This document shows, piece by piece, positions 36,901 through 45,939 of a stretch of DNA of 64,000 nucleotides. The translations under genes and the position numbers were made by a program. The DNA is from Longimicrobiales bacterium. GTDB taxonomy: Bacteria > Gemmatimonadota > Gemmatimonadetes > Longimicrobiales > Gaopeijiaceae. Position 1 is the first letter of the stretch, and each line of letters starts with the position of its first letter. The stretch covers positions 1,376,001 to 1,440,000 of the forward strand of contig CAXXKM010000001.1 of the NCBI GenBank assembly GCA_963664435.2. Direction: 5' to 3'. Below the pieces are notes generated by a model that did not search any database, was not told where the DNA came from, and saw nothing but the letters and a program-made list of their open reading frames with translations.

Positions 36901-37183
36901 GGAACGGATGAGCTTTGCGGCCTACGCCAACTTCACCTCGTCCTACAGCGACGAGAGCCAGGAGGAGACCTCCGGGTATCGCGACATCCGCAGCCACCTG
37001 ACCTTCGACTTCAGCCTGTCCACCAAGGTGGGAGGGTTCGACGTGGTGCTGTCGGCGGTCAACCTCGCCGACGCGCCACCGCCGGTCGTGAACCAGGAGA
37101 TGTTCTACGACCCGGCCACGCACGACGCGCGCGGGCGGCGCGTGAAACTGTCGCTGACAAGGAGGATGGGGAGCGCGGGCTGA
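33938..37183 (+). CDS. TonB-dependent receptor with carboxypeptidase-regulatory-like N-domain
   Basis: GGAGG + TTG start; ITGTVTE, EEIVVTGS, VNLRGLGASRTLVLLNGRR, ERIEVLKEGASAVYGSDAVAGVANF. Confidence 0.93.
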   Translation: MRTRQLDRGVTTGISCAFASVLLAASALAPTSTVAQSTGVITGTVTESSHGEPLATASVTIAALSISVLADREGRYILAGVPAGTHLVEAALIGYGAGSATVTVAAGETTIASFSLEISAIAFEEIVVTGSTFAEPTISSPHAVAVSNRAALAAQGSPTVLDFFRRLGASHGTLGDQGSFFNGSAGLHPETLANVNLRGLGASRTLVLLNGRRHAYVPYRMAGGRFVDTNSIPAIALERIEVLKEGASAVYGSDAVAGVANFVTREGFEGIEFQASHEYFQASGSSNVGAIFGRELGGAHAIVSGEFVTQRELLPTDRAHLLQPFHPRGGGWSGIGNPGTFIAPKLTGEETLEEFSPKLLDAHVGSDPDFFVDPGCTPFGGLAQTLTCRYRYQPAAPVVNAARFLRLFGEVHGDLGDRTAYNLDVLTSWSTNPHWRTSPSFPPVGLYDGIQVTAPSHPGRIAFCRDQGASVGFASGDECLAGDWYYYGRIAGNGLLSRDLARTNETHRASASLKREIEIFGEEGHLDLATTFARSRGDANLPAEYAYRKFLAFRGFGGPDCGVGVRADRSAIGGMAISNPGGAQPGQGACRYYNPFSNAWPNSIQPGAEYHGGSNPWFDPSLENSPELMDWINEEAFLDNVANHFIGDVTLTGGAPGDVVNYALGYQFRWLGVSATPNDPSNLAINPCPIPGDQTCAVRSGPFTFTNSFSPYEDQQTVHRFFTELPLNIGDRLDVQLAANYEFHRVASSFDPKLALRYRFAKGDGYNLSFRGSLQTTFRTPSVDDTNTDPVTTLQFVRQTGSYKAIDSFGSTDLVPEEAFTFNLGAIVLAEEARVTVDYWSYDFRNLINVIPHAGITELYDQGGAARRAVSELVTCPDGKGTGTCEAEQIERVEIYLTNWPGMKTSGIDWHAHTHFDSPLPAGLARHLPGMDLGLDGTWTLSYDTREFAYNGSRIQAPSEAVGQLNRYNPIAFPVPRLKTRVDLGLHGERMSFAAYANFTSSYSDESQEETSGYRDIRSHLTFDFSLSTKVGGFDVVLSAVNLADAPPPVVNQEMFYDPATHDARGRRVKLSLTRRMGSAG

Positions 37184-37204
37184 ACGCGGACCCGCTTCGC
37201 TACC

Positions 37205-38575
37205 TCACATGATCACCCGCCGCATGTACTGCCTGACCTTCTCCATGTATTTCTCGAAGAAGTGCTTCTGGATGTCGTTCATGTCGAGCTCGCGGCCCTG
37301 GATGTAGGCCTGCTCGATGTCGCTGGTCATGTCGAGCGGCGTGCCCGTCGTGATGAGGAAGGTCGCCTGCTTGCCGGGCTCCAGCGAACCGACCCGGTCG
37401 GCGAGTCCCAGGAACTCCGCGGGGTTGATGGTCACCGCCCTCAGCGCCTCGTCCTCCGGCAGCCCGAACGCAACCGCCACCCCCGCCTCGAAGGGCAGCC
37501 GGTTCGAGTACAGCGAGCCCGAGCCGCCCGAGATCGCGAAGCGAACGCCCGCCTCGTGCAGCCGCGCCGGCATCGAGTAGGCGCCGTCGTAGCCCTCGTA
37601 GTCCCGGCCGGGGGCGGCCATGGTCGACGTCAGGATGACCGGGATGTCCTCGGCGACCAGGCGGTCCGCCACGTGGATGGCGTCGCGACCACCGCGGATG
37701 ACGATCCTGAGGTTCTCCTCCTGCGCCCAGGTGACGGCGTCGTTGATCTGCGCTGCGCCGTCGGCCGCGACCACCACGGGAAGCTCCCCGTTGAAGACCG
37801 GCATCATCGCCAGATAGCGGGAGTCGCTGCGCACCTCCTCGCCGGCGGCGACCGCGTCCCGATACGCCCGCGCCTCGGCGAAGAAGCTCTTCAGTTGCTG
37901 CACCTGTTCCTCGTAGCTCGGCGGGTCCTCCTGCTGACCGAAGCCGAAGCCGCCGAACCCGCGGAAGCGGCGGGGATTGGGGTTCGGCCAGTTCACGTTG
38001 AGCGCGGCGGCCGACTGCATCGACATCTCCTCCCAGCTCCAGCCCTCGAGGGCCATCGCGGAAGACATGCCTGAGACGAGGCCGCCGTCGGGGGTCGTGA
38101 GCGTCGTGAGCACACCGGCCGATCGGGTCGTGCCGATGTGCCGGCTCTCGGCGTTGACCGCGACGTCCGCGCGCACGTTCGGGTTGAAGTCCCCCAGCTC
38201 GTTGACGTCGCTGGAGACCCCCACCGCCCCGATCTCGGCGATCCCCACCGTGCTGTAGGCGTCGATGAGCCCGGGATAGATGTGCTTCCCGGCCGCGTCG
38301 ACCACGCGGGTCCCGTCCGGAATCTCCAGATCGGCGCCAACCGCGGTGATCACCCCGTTCTCGAAGAGGATGGTCCCGTTCTCGATGACACCGCTCGTAA
38401 CCGTGTGAATGGTCGCTCCGCGCAAGGCCATCGGCTCGGCCTGCGGGGGGACCGTCATGCGCACCTGGGCCTCGATGGCCGCCGGCGCCAACAGCCACAG
38501 CGCCAGAGCCGCGCAGGCGGTGCCGCCCGCCCGTGACCAGGTCTCCGTTGTCGCCCGTCGCTCGATCGTCGTCAT
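37205..38575 (-). CDS. Amidohydrolase-fold protein lacking the HxH metal motif
   Basis: 3' part of ORF 37205-39982; GKHIYPGLIDAYST, VTINPAEFLG, GSLEPGKQAT; ATG overlaps upstream stop. Confidence 0.87.
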   Translation of the reverse strand: MTTIERRATTETWSRAGGTACAALALWLLAPAAIEAQVRMTVPPQAEPMALRGATIHTVTSGVIENGTILFENGVITAVGADLEIPDGTRVVDAAGKHIYPGLIDAYSTVGIAEIGAVGVSSDVNELGDFNPNVRADVAVNAESRHIGTTRSAGVLTTLTTPDGGLVSGMSSAMALEGWSWEEMSMQSAAALNVNWPNPNPRRFRGFGGFGFGQQEDPPSYEEQVQQLKSFFAEARAYRDAVAAGEEVRSDSRYLAMMPVFNGELPVVVAADGAAQINDAVTWAQEENLRIVIRGGRDAIHVADRLVAEDIPVILTSTMAAPGRDYEGYDGAYSMPARLHEAGVRFAISGGSGSLYSNRLPFEAGVAVAFGLPEDEALRAVTINPAEFLGLADRVGSLEPGKQATFLITTGTPLDMTSDIEQAYIQGRELDMNDIQKHFFEKYMEKVRQYMRRVIM

Positions 38576-41571
38576 CAGTTTCTCTCCATCTGAGCGTTCC
38601 GGTCGCCGTTGCCTACGGACAGGATGGCCTGAATGAGCTGCGTGCGTTCCTGTTCGATCCGGTCGCGCATCGCCGCGTCCTCCTCGAGCGAGAAGTACCG
38701 GCGGCCGTCGACCCAGGTCTGCTCGGCGCGCGAGAACTGCGAGAGCGGGTTGCCGCTCCAGATCACGAAGTCCGCGTCCTTGCCGGCCTCCAGCGAACCG
38801 ACATGGTCGTGGATCGCCACTGCCTGCGCCGCCTGGTTGGTCACCGTCGACAGGGCCTGCTCGGGGGTGAGCCCCGTGCGCAGCAGCTTGCCCGCCTCCC
38901 AGTTCATGCGGCTGGCGATCTCGCTGTTGTCGGAGTGCAGCGAGGTGACGACCCCGGCCTCGATGAGGATGCGGGCGTTGTACACCGTCGCGTCGTAGGC
39001 CTCGAGCTTGAAGGCGCCCCAGTCGCTCCAGACCACCGCAGCGACTCCCGACGCGGCGAGCTCGGGCGCGATCTTGTAGGCCTCGACCCCGTGCTGCAGC
39101 GTCTGGACCCGGAAGCCGAACTCCTCCGCCAGCCGGACCAGCGCAAGGAACTCGTCCGCGCGATAGCCGTGCGACGAGATGAGGAGCTCCTGGTCGAGGA
39201 TGTCGAGGATCGCCTCCATGCGCAGGTCCCGCCTCGGGGGCAGTCCCTCCTGGTTCTCCTCCCACCGCTGCCACTCGCGCTCGTAGTCGCGCGCGGCCAT
39301 GAAGTGGTCGCGGATGATCTCCTGCGTCCCCATGCGGGTGTCGGGATAGCGGCCCTGACGCCGCTTCGGGTTCTCGCCCAGCGCAAACTTCACCGTGCGG
39401 GGCGCGTCCTCGAGCTTGAGATCCTCGGGCAGCGAGCCCCAGCGCATCTTCACGAAGACGTTCTCGCCCCCGATGGGATTTGCGGATCCGTGCTTGATGT
39501 GCGCCGTGGTGAGTCCGCCGGCCAACTGCCGGTACATCCAGATGTTGTTGTGGGTCACGACGTCGCCCATGCGCACCTCGGGGACGATCGCGAAGCCGCT
39601 CTCGTTCACGGCGCTGACGCCCGAATGGATGTGCGGATCGATCATCCCCGGCGTCACGTGCTTGCCGGCGGCGTCGATCTCGACCGCGCCGCCCGGCGCG
39701 TCGATGTCCATGCCGACCGCCTCGACCGTCCCGGCGCGAACCAGGAGGTCGGCGCCCTCGAGGATGCCCTGCGGACCCTGGGTCCAGACCGTCGCGTTGC
39801 GCACCACGACCGCGGCGGGCTGCTCCGGGATCGAGGTGCGGCCGTAGTCCATCATCGGCCGGATGAACGGCAGGTCGATCTCGGGCACGTCCATCGCCAC
39901 GGTGCCGCGCGCCGGGCCCTCGAAGGGCTCGGTGCGCATGCCGCGGAAGGACGGGTCCGCCCCGTTGGGCAGCGAAGTCCATCCGAAGAAATCGTCGCCC
40001 CGCACCGAACCCGACAGGAGCGCCATGCCCTGATAGCCGAGCACCTCGCCGTTGAAGCGGACGTCGATCCGGCCGGTCTCCGCGACCGCGCTGGCCGATT
40101 CGAGCTCGACCCGCGCACCGCCCGGCAGTTCGGGCCCGGTGCTGGCGATATCAAGGTGGCCGCGCAACCGGTTCAACGGACCCTCCAGAACGAGAACCGC
40201 TTCGAAGCCCCAGTCGTCGTCCGAGGAGATCTCCCAGCTTCCGCGCGGATCGATCTGGGCCGGGCGGGTCACGCCGTAGACTCTTCCCTGCACCCAGACG
40301 TCGCGGACCGTCGCCTCCTCGGCGAAGAGGTCGCCCTCGCTCACGATCAGGTTGGCCACCTTGCCCTCGGCGATGGTCCCGTGGGTGCGATCGATGCCGA
40401 GCCAGGAGGCCGGCGTGGTGGTGAGCGCCGCCAGTGCATCGTCCGCCTCAAGCCCCCGCGCCACGGCGACGCGCAGATTGGGCAGAAACTCGTTCAGCGA
40501 CGAAAGGCCGTCGGTCGTGATGGCGAAGCGCACCCCGGCGTCGGCCAGCTGCGCCGCGCTGGTTGGCGCCAGGTACCAGTGCCGCAGGTCTGCGAGGGAG
40601 GCATCCAGTGCGGCTCCCGGATGACCCACGTCCGGCGCGTCCGGGAAATCGAGCGGAACGATGAGGGGATCGCTTCGCCCCCGAAGCACGTCGATGAGCC
40701 TGTATTCGAGGCCGTTCCCGCGGTACCACGCCTCAAGCTCGAACTCCGACGCCAGACGATGCGCGCGCAGGTATTCCTCCTCGCTGCCGGTCTCGAAGAT
40801 GACCGGCTGATCGCCGTGCGTCGCATCCTGGAGCGCCGCCAGCGCTTCGCTGGTCTCCGGAGGCAGGAAGGCGCGGCCGCTCGCCTCGTACGCATCCCAG
40901 GCGCGCTCGTACCAGTCGGCGTCCATGAACGTCTGCTTCATCAGCGCAATCGTGCCCATCGCGGAGTTGGGATACGATCCGCCCAGCTCGAAGGAGCGCT
41001 GGAAGCCGATGGCCTGGGCGATGTCGGGGCGCAGCACCCGATCACGCACCCCCTCGTCCCCGAGCGTGACCAGCGAAGCGGTGCCCCGGAAGATGCCCTG
41101 GCTGGGCACGGCCAGCGCCGCGCCGAACCCCTGCGAGCGGAGCGCGGCGCGCCGACCGGCATCGTCCCGAAGATTCCGCGTGGTGGAGAACCAGGCCCGC
41201 ACCTGCGGATTCCAGTGCGTGGGACCGATGTCGCCGTCCTCCGGCACGTCGTCCATTCCGAGATCCGCGTGGGCGTCGATGAAGCCCGGGTACACCGTGA
41301 GCCCCTCGAGATCCCATACGCGCGCGCCCGCTGGCGCGCCCCCGCCTCCGACCTCCTGGATGAGGCCGTCGCGGATCACGATCGTGGCGTCGTCCATGAC
41401 CTGCCCCGGCCCGGTCACTACCCGTGCCCCCACCAGAGCGTGGAACCCGGTGCCGTTGTCGCGCATGCCTTCGACCGGCTGGGTTCGGGTCGCCTGCTGG
41501 GCATCGGCGCCCGTCGCCAGGGCGGCCGCGAGCCCCATCGTCCCGAGTATTGCCTTCACATAACCCCCCAT
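38575..41571 (-). CDS. Secreted tandem two-domain amidohydrolase
   Basis: PGFIDAHAD (domain 1); PGMIDPHIH, KFALGENPK, LQHGVEAYK, LHSDN (domain 2). Confidence 0.9.
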   Translation of the reverse strand: MGGYVKAILGTMGLAAALATGADAQQATRTQPVEGMRDNGTGFHALVGARVVTGPGQVMDDATIVIRDGLIQEVGGGGAPAGARVWDLEGLTVYPGFIDAHADLGMDDVPEDGDIGPTHWNPQVRAWFSTTRNLRDDAGRRAALRSQGFGAALAVPSQGIFRGTASLVTLGDEGVRDRVLRPDIAQAIGFQRSFELGGSYPNSAMGTIALMKQTFMDADWYERAWDAYEASGRAFLPPETSEALAALQDATHGDQPVIFETGSEEEYLRAHRLASEFELEAWYRGNGLEYRLIDVLRGRSDPLIVPLDFPDAPDVGHPGAALDASLADLRHWYLAPTSAAQLADAGVRFAITTDGLSSLNEFLPNLRVAVARGLEADDALAALTTTPASWLGIDRTHGTIAEGKVANLIVSEGDLFAEEATVRDVWVQGRVYGVTRPAQIDPRGSWEISSDDDWGFEAVLVLEGPLNRLRGHLDIASTGPELPGGARVELESASAVAETGRIDVRFNGEVLGYQGMALLSGSVRGDDFFGWTSLPNGADPSFRGMRTEPFEGPARGTVAMDVPEIDLPFIRPMMDYGRTSIPEQPAAVVVRNATVWTQGPQGILEGADLLVRAGTVEAVGMDIDAPGGAVEIDAAGKHVTPGMIDPHIHSGVSAVNESGFAIVPEVRMGDVVTHNNIWMYRQLAGGLTTAHIKHGSANPIGGENVFVKMRWGSLPEDLKLEDAPRTVKFALGENPKRRQGRYPDTRMGTQEIIRDHFMAARDYEREWQRWEENQEGLPPRRDLRMEAILDILDQELLISSHGYRADEFLALVRLAEEFGFRVQTLQHGVEAYKIAPELAASGVAAVVWSDWGAFKLEAYDATVYNARILIEAGVVTSLHSDNSEIASRMNWEAGKLLRTGLTPEQALSTVTNQAAQAVAIHDHVGSLEAGKDADFVIWSGNPLSQFSRAEQTWVDGRRYFSLEEDAAMRDRIEQERTQLIQAILSVGNGDRNAQMERN

Positions 41572-41828
41572 TTGTCACCCCTGCGTGAATCGCCTCGTTT
41601 CCATAATCCCGACCGGCCCTCGTTCGAGCCCGACGGGGTGCGAGTAACTCTGATGACTACGCTTCCCATGGCGTCCGGTCAATCGGCGGTTGTATGGTGT
41701 CGAGTTCGCCCGGCTCACTCCGGGTTGTAGCCCTCGACGCCCGGAGGGCCGAGTATCCGCCCGCCGCTCCCGTGCGCGCCGGGCATCTCCGATCGACGGG
41801 AAACACGGGCCAACCAGGATCACAGGCG

Positions 41829-42563
41829 ATGGGTGGACACAACTCCGATCAGGAAACCCGGGACCCGGGCGCGCGGACGAGCGGTTCGGGGATCCCGGTG
41901 GGACTGCTCATCGCGGCGGTGATCGCGCTCCTGACGGCGGCTGGCGTCGGGACCCGCTATTACCTCTACGGCGACCTGGACGCCATCCATTGCCTGTTCA
42001 GCGTGTTTTTCTCGATCAATCTGCTGATCTGCTACTGGGAAATGTGCCTGTTCTTCCGCAGGGACTACATCGAGGCGCGCGCGGAGCATTGGCGCAAGTG
42101 GAGGCGTGAGACCGGCCGCACCCCGGCGGTCGAATTCCTTGTCACCAGGGTCCCGCCGAACCGGATCCTGTCCCCGACGTTCTGGGCCGACGTCTGGGCG
42201 ACGTACTCGATGATCGATTCGGCGTACGAGGAGCGCAGCAGCTTCGGCTTCACCGCCGACATCGGCAACGGGTTCGTTACGCCGGTTCCGACCCTGGTCC
42301 TTTACGCGGGCTATACGGTCGAAGTCGTGCCGCCCATGGTTGCCGGTATCGTCGGGGCGATGCTCTTCTGGCAGTGGGTCTACGTGTCGTCGCTGTACTG
42401 GGTCAGCTTCTTCGTGACGCGGAGCCAGGCCCGCATCACCAGGCGCGAGTTGTACATCTATGTGGTTGCCCTGAACTCCATCTGGGTGCTGATTCCGCTG
42501 CTGGGACTGTACGTCTCCGTTCGCCTGATTCTCGACGGGACGTACTGCGTGCTTGGGTACTGA
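41829..42563 (+). CDS. Multi-pass membrane protein resembling EBP/EXPERA (sterol isomerase fold)
   Basis: ICYWE, VWATYSMIDSAY, WQWVYVSSLYW, YVVALNSIWVLIP in EBP order. Confidence 0.7.
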   Translation: MGGHNSDQETRDPGARTSGSGIPVGLLIAAVIALLTAAGVGTRYYLYGDLDAIHCLFSVFFSINLLICYWEMCLFFRRDYIEARAEHWRKWRRETGRTPAVEFLVTRVPPNRILSPTFWADVWATYSMIDSAYEERSSFGFTADIGNGFVTPVPTLVLYAGYTVEVVPPMVAGIVGAMLFWQWVYVSSLYWVSFFVTRSQARITRRELYIYVVALNSIWVLIPLLGLYVSVRLILDGTYCVLGY

Positions 42564-42600
42564 TGGACATCGCAAATGACTGGTCATATCATATGTCCAT
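42563..42600. promoter_or_regulatory. Concentric palindromic operator of phd-vapC
   Basis: ATGGACAT-N5-ATGACTGGTCAT-N5-ATGTCCAT. Confidence 0.8.
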
Positions 42601-42621
42601 GTTTCAGCGGGGAAAGAATCC

Positions 42622-42879
42622 ATGAAGACACAGCCCAATGCGGAGGGGAGCACGGCACTACCCCGGAGGATCGGCGCGGCGCGATTCAAGGAGCAGTGCC
42701 TCTCGTTGCTGGATCGGCTCGGTCCTGACGGCCTGGTGATCACCAAGCGGGGCAAACCGGTTGCGCGGGTGTTGCCCTTTGAGCAGGACTCGGCCAGCCT
42801 GATCGGCAGTCTGCGGGACAAGCTCGAGATCAGGGGGGATATCCTGTCCACGGGGATTCGGTGGGACGCGGAGTGCTGA
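42622..42879 (+). CDS. Phd/YefM-family antitoxin
   Basis: IGAARFKEQCLSLLD, LVITKRGKPVARV. Confidence 0.92.
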   Translation: MKTQPNAEGSTALPRRIGAARFKEQCLSLLDRLGPDGLVITKRGKPVARVLPFEQDSASLIGSLRDKLEIRGDILSTGIRWDAEC

Positions 42880-43235
42880 ACCTCGACACGCATATCCTTA
42901 TCTACGCCCTGCGCGGAGCACTGGCCGGCAGCGAGCAGCAATTGCTCGCCGGCACGCAGTGGTCGGTCTCCTCCATCGTCTTCTGGGAGATCGCGAAGCT
43001 CGTCCAACTGGGCCGGGTCGAAGTGGACCTCGGCGACCAGCACGTGGTCCGAACCCTGAGTCGTATCCGCTCGTGGCCGATCGATCTGGCGGTGGCTCGC
43101 GCTTCAACCCGACTGGATTTCAGGGGCGATCCGGCCGACCAAATCATCGCTGCGACCAGCGTCGTCCACGGGATCCCTCTCGTCACGCGGGACGCGGTGA
43201 TTCGCAAGTCATCGCTCGTGCCCCTGGCTCTTTAG
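42873..43235 (+). CDS. vapC: VapC PIN-domain toxin
   Basis: [40 protein letters not shown] overlaps antitoxin end. Confidence 0.92.
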   Translation: MLNLDTHILIYALRGALAGSEQQLLAGTQWSVSSIVFWEIAKLVQLGRVEVDLGDQHVVRTLSRIRSWPIDLAVARASTRLDFRGDPADQIIAATSVVHGIPLVTRDAVIRKSSLVPLAL

Positions 43236-43251
43236 CCCGCAAGCAAGAGCC

Positions 43252-43887
43252 ATGCTGCACAGGGCGGGACACGGGTCGGTCGAGGTGGTCGCCGGCGTCA
43301 TGTTCAGCGGCAAGTCGGAGGAGTTGATCCGGCGCGTGCGGCGCGCCCTCATCGCCGGCCGGCGGGTGCAGCTCTTCAAGTCGCACCTCGACGACCGCTA
43401 CGGCGGCCAGTTCCGCATCTCGTCACACGACGGCCGCCAGATCGGCGCCGAGCCTGTCTCCAACTCCGTGCAGGTGGCCGAAAAGGTCCGCCCGGACACG
43501 CAGGTCGTCGCCATCGACGAGGCCCAGTTCCTGGATGACGGCATCTGCGAGGTTGTCGATGCGCTGGCGGATGCGGGGATGCGCGTGATTGTGGCCGGCA
43601 CCGACATGGACTTCCGCGGCGAGCCCTTCGGTCCCATGGGGCTGCTCCTGGCACGCGCGGAGCGGATCGACAAGCTGCACGCCATCTGCGTCGTGTGCGG
43701 CGATCCGGCGACCAGGAACCAGCGTCTCATCGACGGGAAGCCGGCGCCCGCCGAGGGCCCGACGATCCAGGTGGGCGGCGCCGAGACATACGAGGCGCGC
43801 TGCCGCCGCTGCCACGAGGTGCCGATGCGGGATCGGGCGCAACGGGAGCTGTTGCTGAGGAGGGGGAGGGGATGGGAGGGGGTGTAG
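43252..43887 (+). CDS. tdk: Thymidine kinase
   Basis: [47 protein letters not shown]. Confidence 0.97.
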   Translation: MLHRAGHGSVEVVAGVMFSGKSEELIRRVRRALIAGRRVQLFKSHLDDRYGGQFRISSHDGRQIGAEPVSNSVQVAEKVRPDTQVVAIDEAQFLDDGICEVVDALADAGMRVIVAGTDMDFRGEPFGPMGLLLARAERIDKLHAICVVCGDPATRNQRLIDGKPAPAEGPTIQVGGAETYEARCRRCHEVPMRDRAQRELLLRRGRGWEGV

Positions 43888-43992
43888 CCTGGTGACGCTT
43901 CAGCCGCGGTGCTGAAAAGGAAGCCCGGCAACCCCAGAGTCGGCGAATCACACGCGCCAGGCTGTCGAAGGCACTGACCACGGGCGCGTGCT

Positions 43993-45765
43993 CTAGCCGC
44001 CTGCGGGGACCCTCAGAATCGGATACGCTTCCCCGGCAACCAGCCGGTCCGCCAGTAACCCCCAGTTGGCAAAGCCATCGTCGGACTGCGGCTCCAGCAG
44101 GCTGAACAGCAGGCGTCCCAGCGGCTGGTCGACCCGCGCCAGCATGTCCCCGGAGTCCGGCGTAACCCGGGTCCTCTCGTAGCGCCCGAACACCGTCTGC
44201 TCGTTGTGGCCCTGGAACGGCTGCGCGGCCGTGCTCACCGAATCGATGCGGAACGCCTCCACATCCAGCGGCGCCGTCCCGGCCGACTCGAGCGTGACAC
44301 CGTGCGCCGCGAGCCGCGTCAGGACCTCCTCCAGGCCGGCGGGAACCAGGTAGGCCTCGGGTACGCGTTCCCGGAGCGTCGGTGCGAAGGTCCCGTACTC
44401 GTACATCGTCTCGACGTACTGCGTATCGGTACGCAGGAGTAGCGGGCGCCCGGTAAGCGGGTGTGCCTCCTCGATGGTGGCGCCCATGAGGATGTCGACC
44501 GGTGCGGCGGAGCGCTCCGGTGCGGCGCGGAGCGCGAGCGAATCGCCCACCACCGTGGCGGCATCGGCCTCCGCGACGATGCTCCGCACCTCGCCCGCGT
44601 GCTCATGGACGTAGTCCAGGATCTCTTCGACGAAATACAGCGTCGCGAGCACCCGCTCCTCGAAGGACGCGTAGGAATAGGCCTCGCTCAGGATCGCGAT
44701 CCGGTTGCGCAGACCGATGTAGTTGTTGTTGAACCGCGGGCGGTGGTCGAAGGTGTACCAGCCGGGCTCGCCCCCTCCGCGCGCGAACGCGTTCCCGTAG
44801 TAGTAGTAGTCCCAGCCGTGCCTGTCCCGGATCTCCCCGGTCACGTGCGGAAGGAGCCCCTCCCGGAGAAAGTCGTCGATTCCGGCAGGGGTGTTGGGGT
44901 GGAGCGGCGGTGAGTAGGTGAGATGGTAGGCGTGCTGTGTCCCGTTCGTCGTATGCAGGTCGACGGCGACATGCGGATCGTACTCGCTGAACAACCGCGC
45001 CACCGAGCGCGCCTCGGGCGAGTCGAGCTTCATGTGATCGCGGTTCAGGTCGTAGCCCTGGGCGTTCGGCCGCTGCCCCATCCCCCCGACCGGCCCGTGC
45101 TGGCGGCCACGGTTGGTGAGGGTCACCCGTTCATTGCCGTCCGCGTTGTAGATGGGCCCGATGAGCAGCACCATCGACTCCCGCCATTCGCCGTGGCGGC
45201 CGGCCATGAGGTCGCGGAGCAGCATCTGGAGCGCCTCCTTCCCGCACACCTCGCCCCCGTGGATGTTGCCCTGAAGATAGACGACCGTCCTGCCCGAAGC
45301 CCGGACCGAGGCCGGGCTCGCATCGGCCACGTCGCCCACCACGGCCAGGGGCAGCGCCCGTCCCTCGCTGGTATAGCCGAAGGTGGTGTAGTGGACCAAC
45401 GGCGAAATGGCCGCCGCGCGCTGCAGGAAGTCCACGACATCGGCGTGGGAGCTGGTCTCGCGATAATCCGTGCGCTCCGCGCGCGTGAGGAAAGATTCGT
45501 CGGGGACCGGGGCACCGTCGCACGCCGCGACCACGACCGTGACCGCCGTCACCACGCAGGCAAGCGTCCCCCACCGAGTGCGGCCAGGCGCCGGCGTGGC
45601 CACCCGAGGACCCGAGGCTGCACGTCCTGTTGCCGAGGAGGCTGCACGTCCGGTTGCCGAGAGGGCTGCTCGCCCTGTTGCCGTGGAGGCTCCACGTCCC
45701 ACTGGCGAGGGGGCTGTACGTCCGGTTGCCCGGGAAGCCGCTGGTCCTGTTTCTGAACTCGTCAT
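43993..45765 (-). CDS. M14 zinc carboxypeptidase family protein
   Basis: NIHGGEVCGKE, NADGNE, DLNRDH, DLHTTNG, LSEAYS; start uncertain. Confidence 0.92.
   Translation of the reverse strand: MTSSETGPAASRATGRTAPSPVGRGASTATGRAALSATGRAASSATGRAASGPRVATPAPGRTRWGTLACVVTAVTVVVAACDGAPVPDESFLTRAERTDYRETSSHADVVDFLQRAAAISPLVHYTTFGYTSEGRALPLAVVGDVADASPASVRASGRTVVYLQGNIHGGEVCGKEALQMLLRDLMAGRHGEWRESMVLLIGPIYNADGNERVTLTNRGRQHGPVGGMGQRPNAQGYDLNRDHMKLDSPEARSVARLFSEYDPHVAVDLHTTNGTQHAYHLTYSPPLHPNTPAGIDDFLREGLLPHVTGEIRDRHGWDYYYYGNAFARGGGEPGWYTFDHRPRFNNNYIGLRNRIAILSEAYSYASFEERVLATLYFVEEILDYVHEHAGEVRSIVAEADAATVVGDSLALRAAPERSAAPVDILMGATIEEAHPLTGRPLLLRTDTQYVETMYEYGTFAPTLRERVPEAYLVPAGLEEVLTRLAAHGVTLESAGTAPLDVEAFRIDSVSTAAQPFQGHNEQTVFGRYERTRVTPDSGDMLARVDQPLGRLLFSLLEPQSDDGFANWGLLADRLVAGEAYPILRVPAGG
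45614..45757. repeat. Five to six in-frame 24-bp repeats (SATGRAAS) at M14 N-terminus
   Basis: GAGGCTGCACGTCCKGTTGCCGAG and variants from 45614 at 24-bp period. Confidence 0.88.
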
Positions 45766-45939
45766 GTGTCACCGCGCCGTTTCGATGATCGGGTCTGTTG
45801 CGCCAGGAATCCCCAACCTATGGTCCGGGATCCCCGTTCCACCAACCGTTCCACATCCCCGCACAGGAAACAGCTTGCCCGAGCCCCATATCGCGCAGCG
45901 TGCCGATCTTCCCGTGGCAAGCAAATCGGCCATCGACCG

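Noticed and set aside
41650..41656. CTGATGA as a hammerhead ribozyme core
   Set aside because: No GAAA after a stem II and no stem I/III arrangement
45862..45875. CACAGGAAACAGCT matching the lacZ/M13-reverse region
   Set aside because: Only 14 nt with no flanking vector sequence; most likely chance
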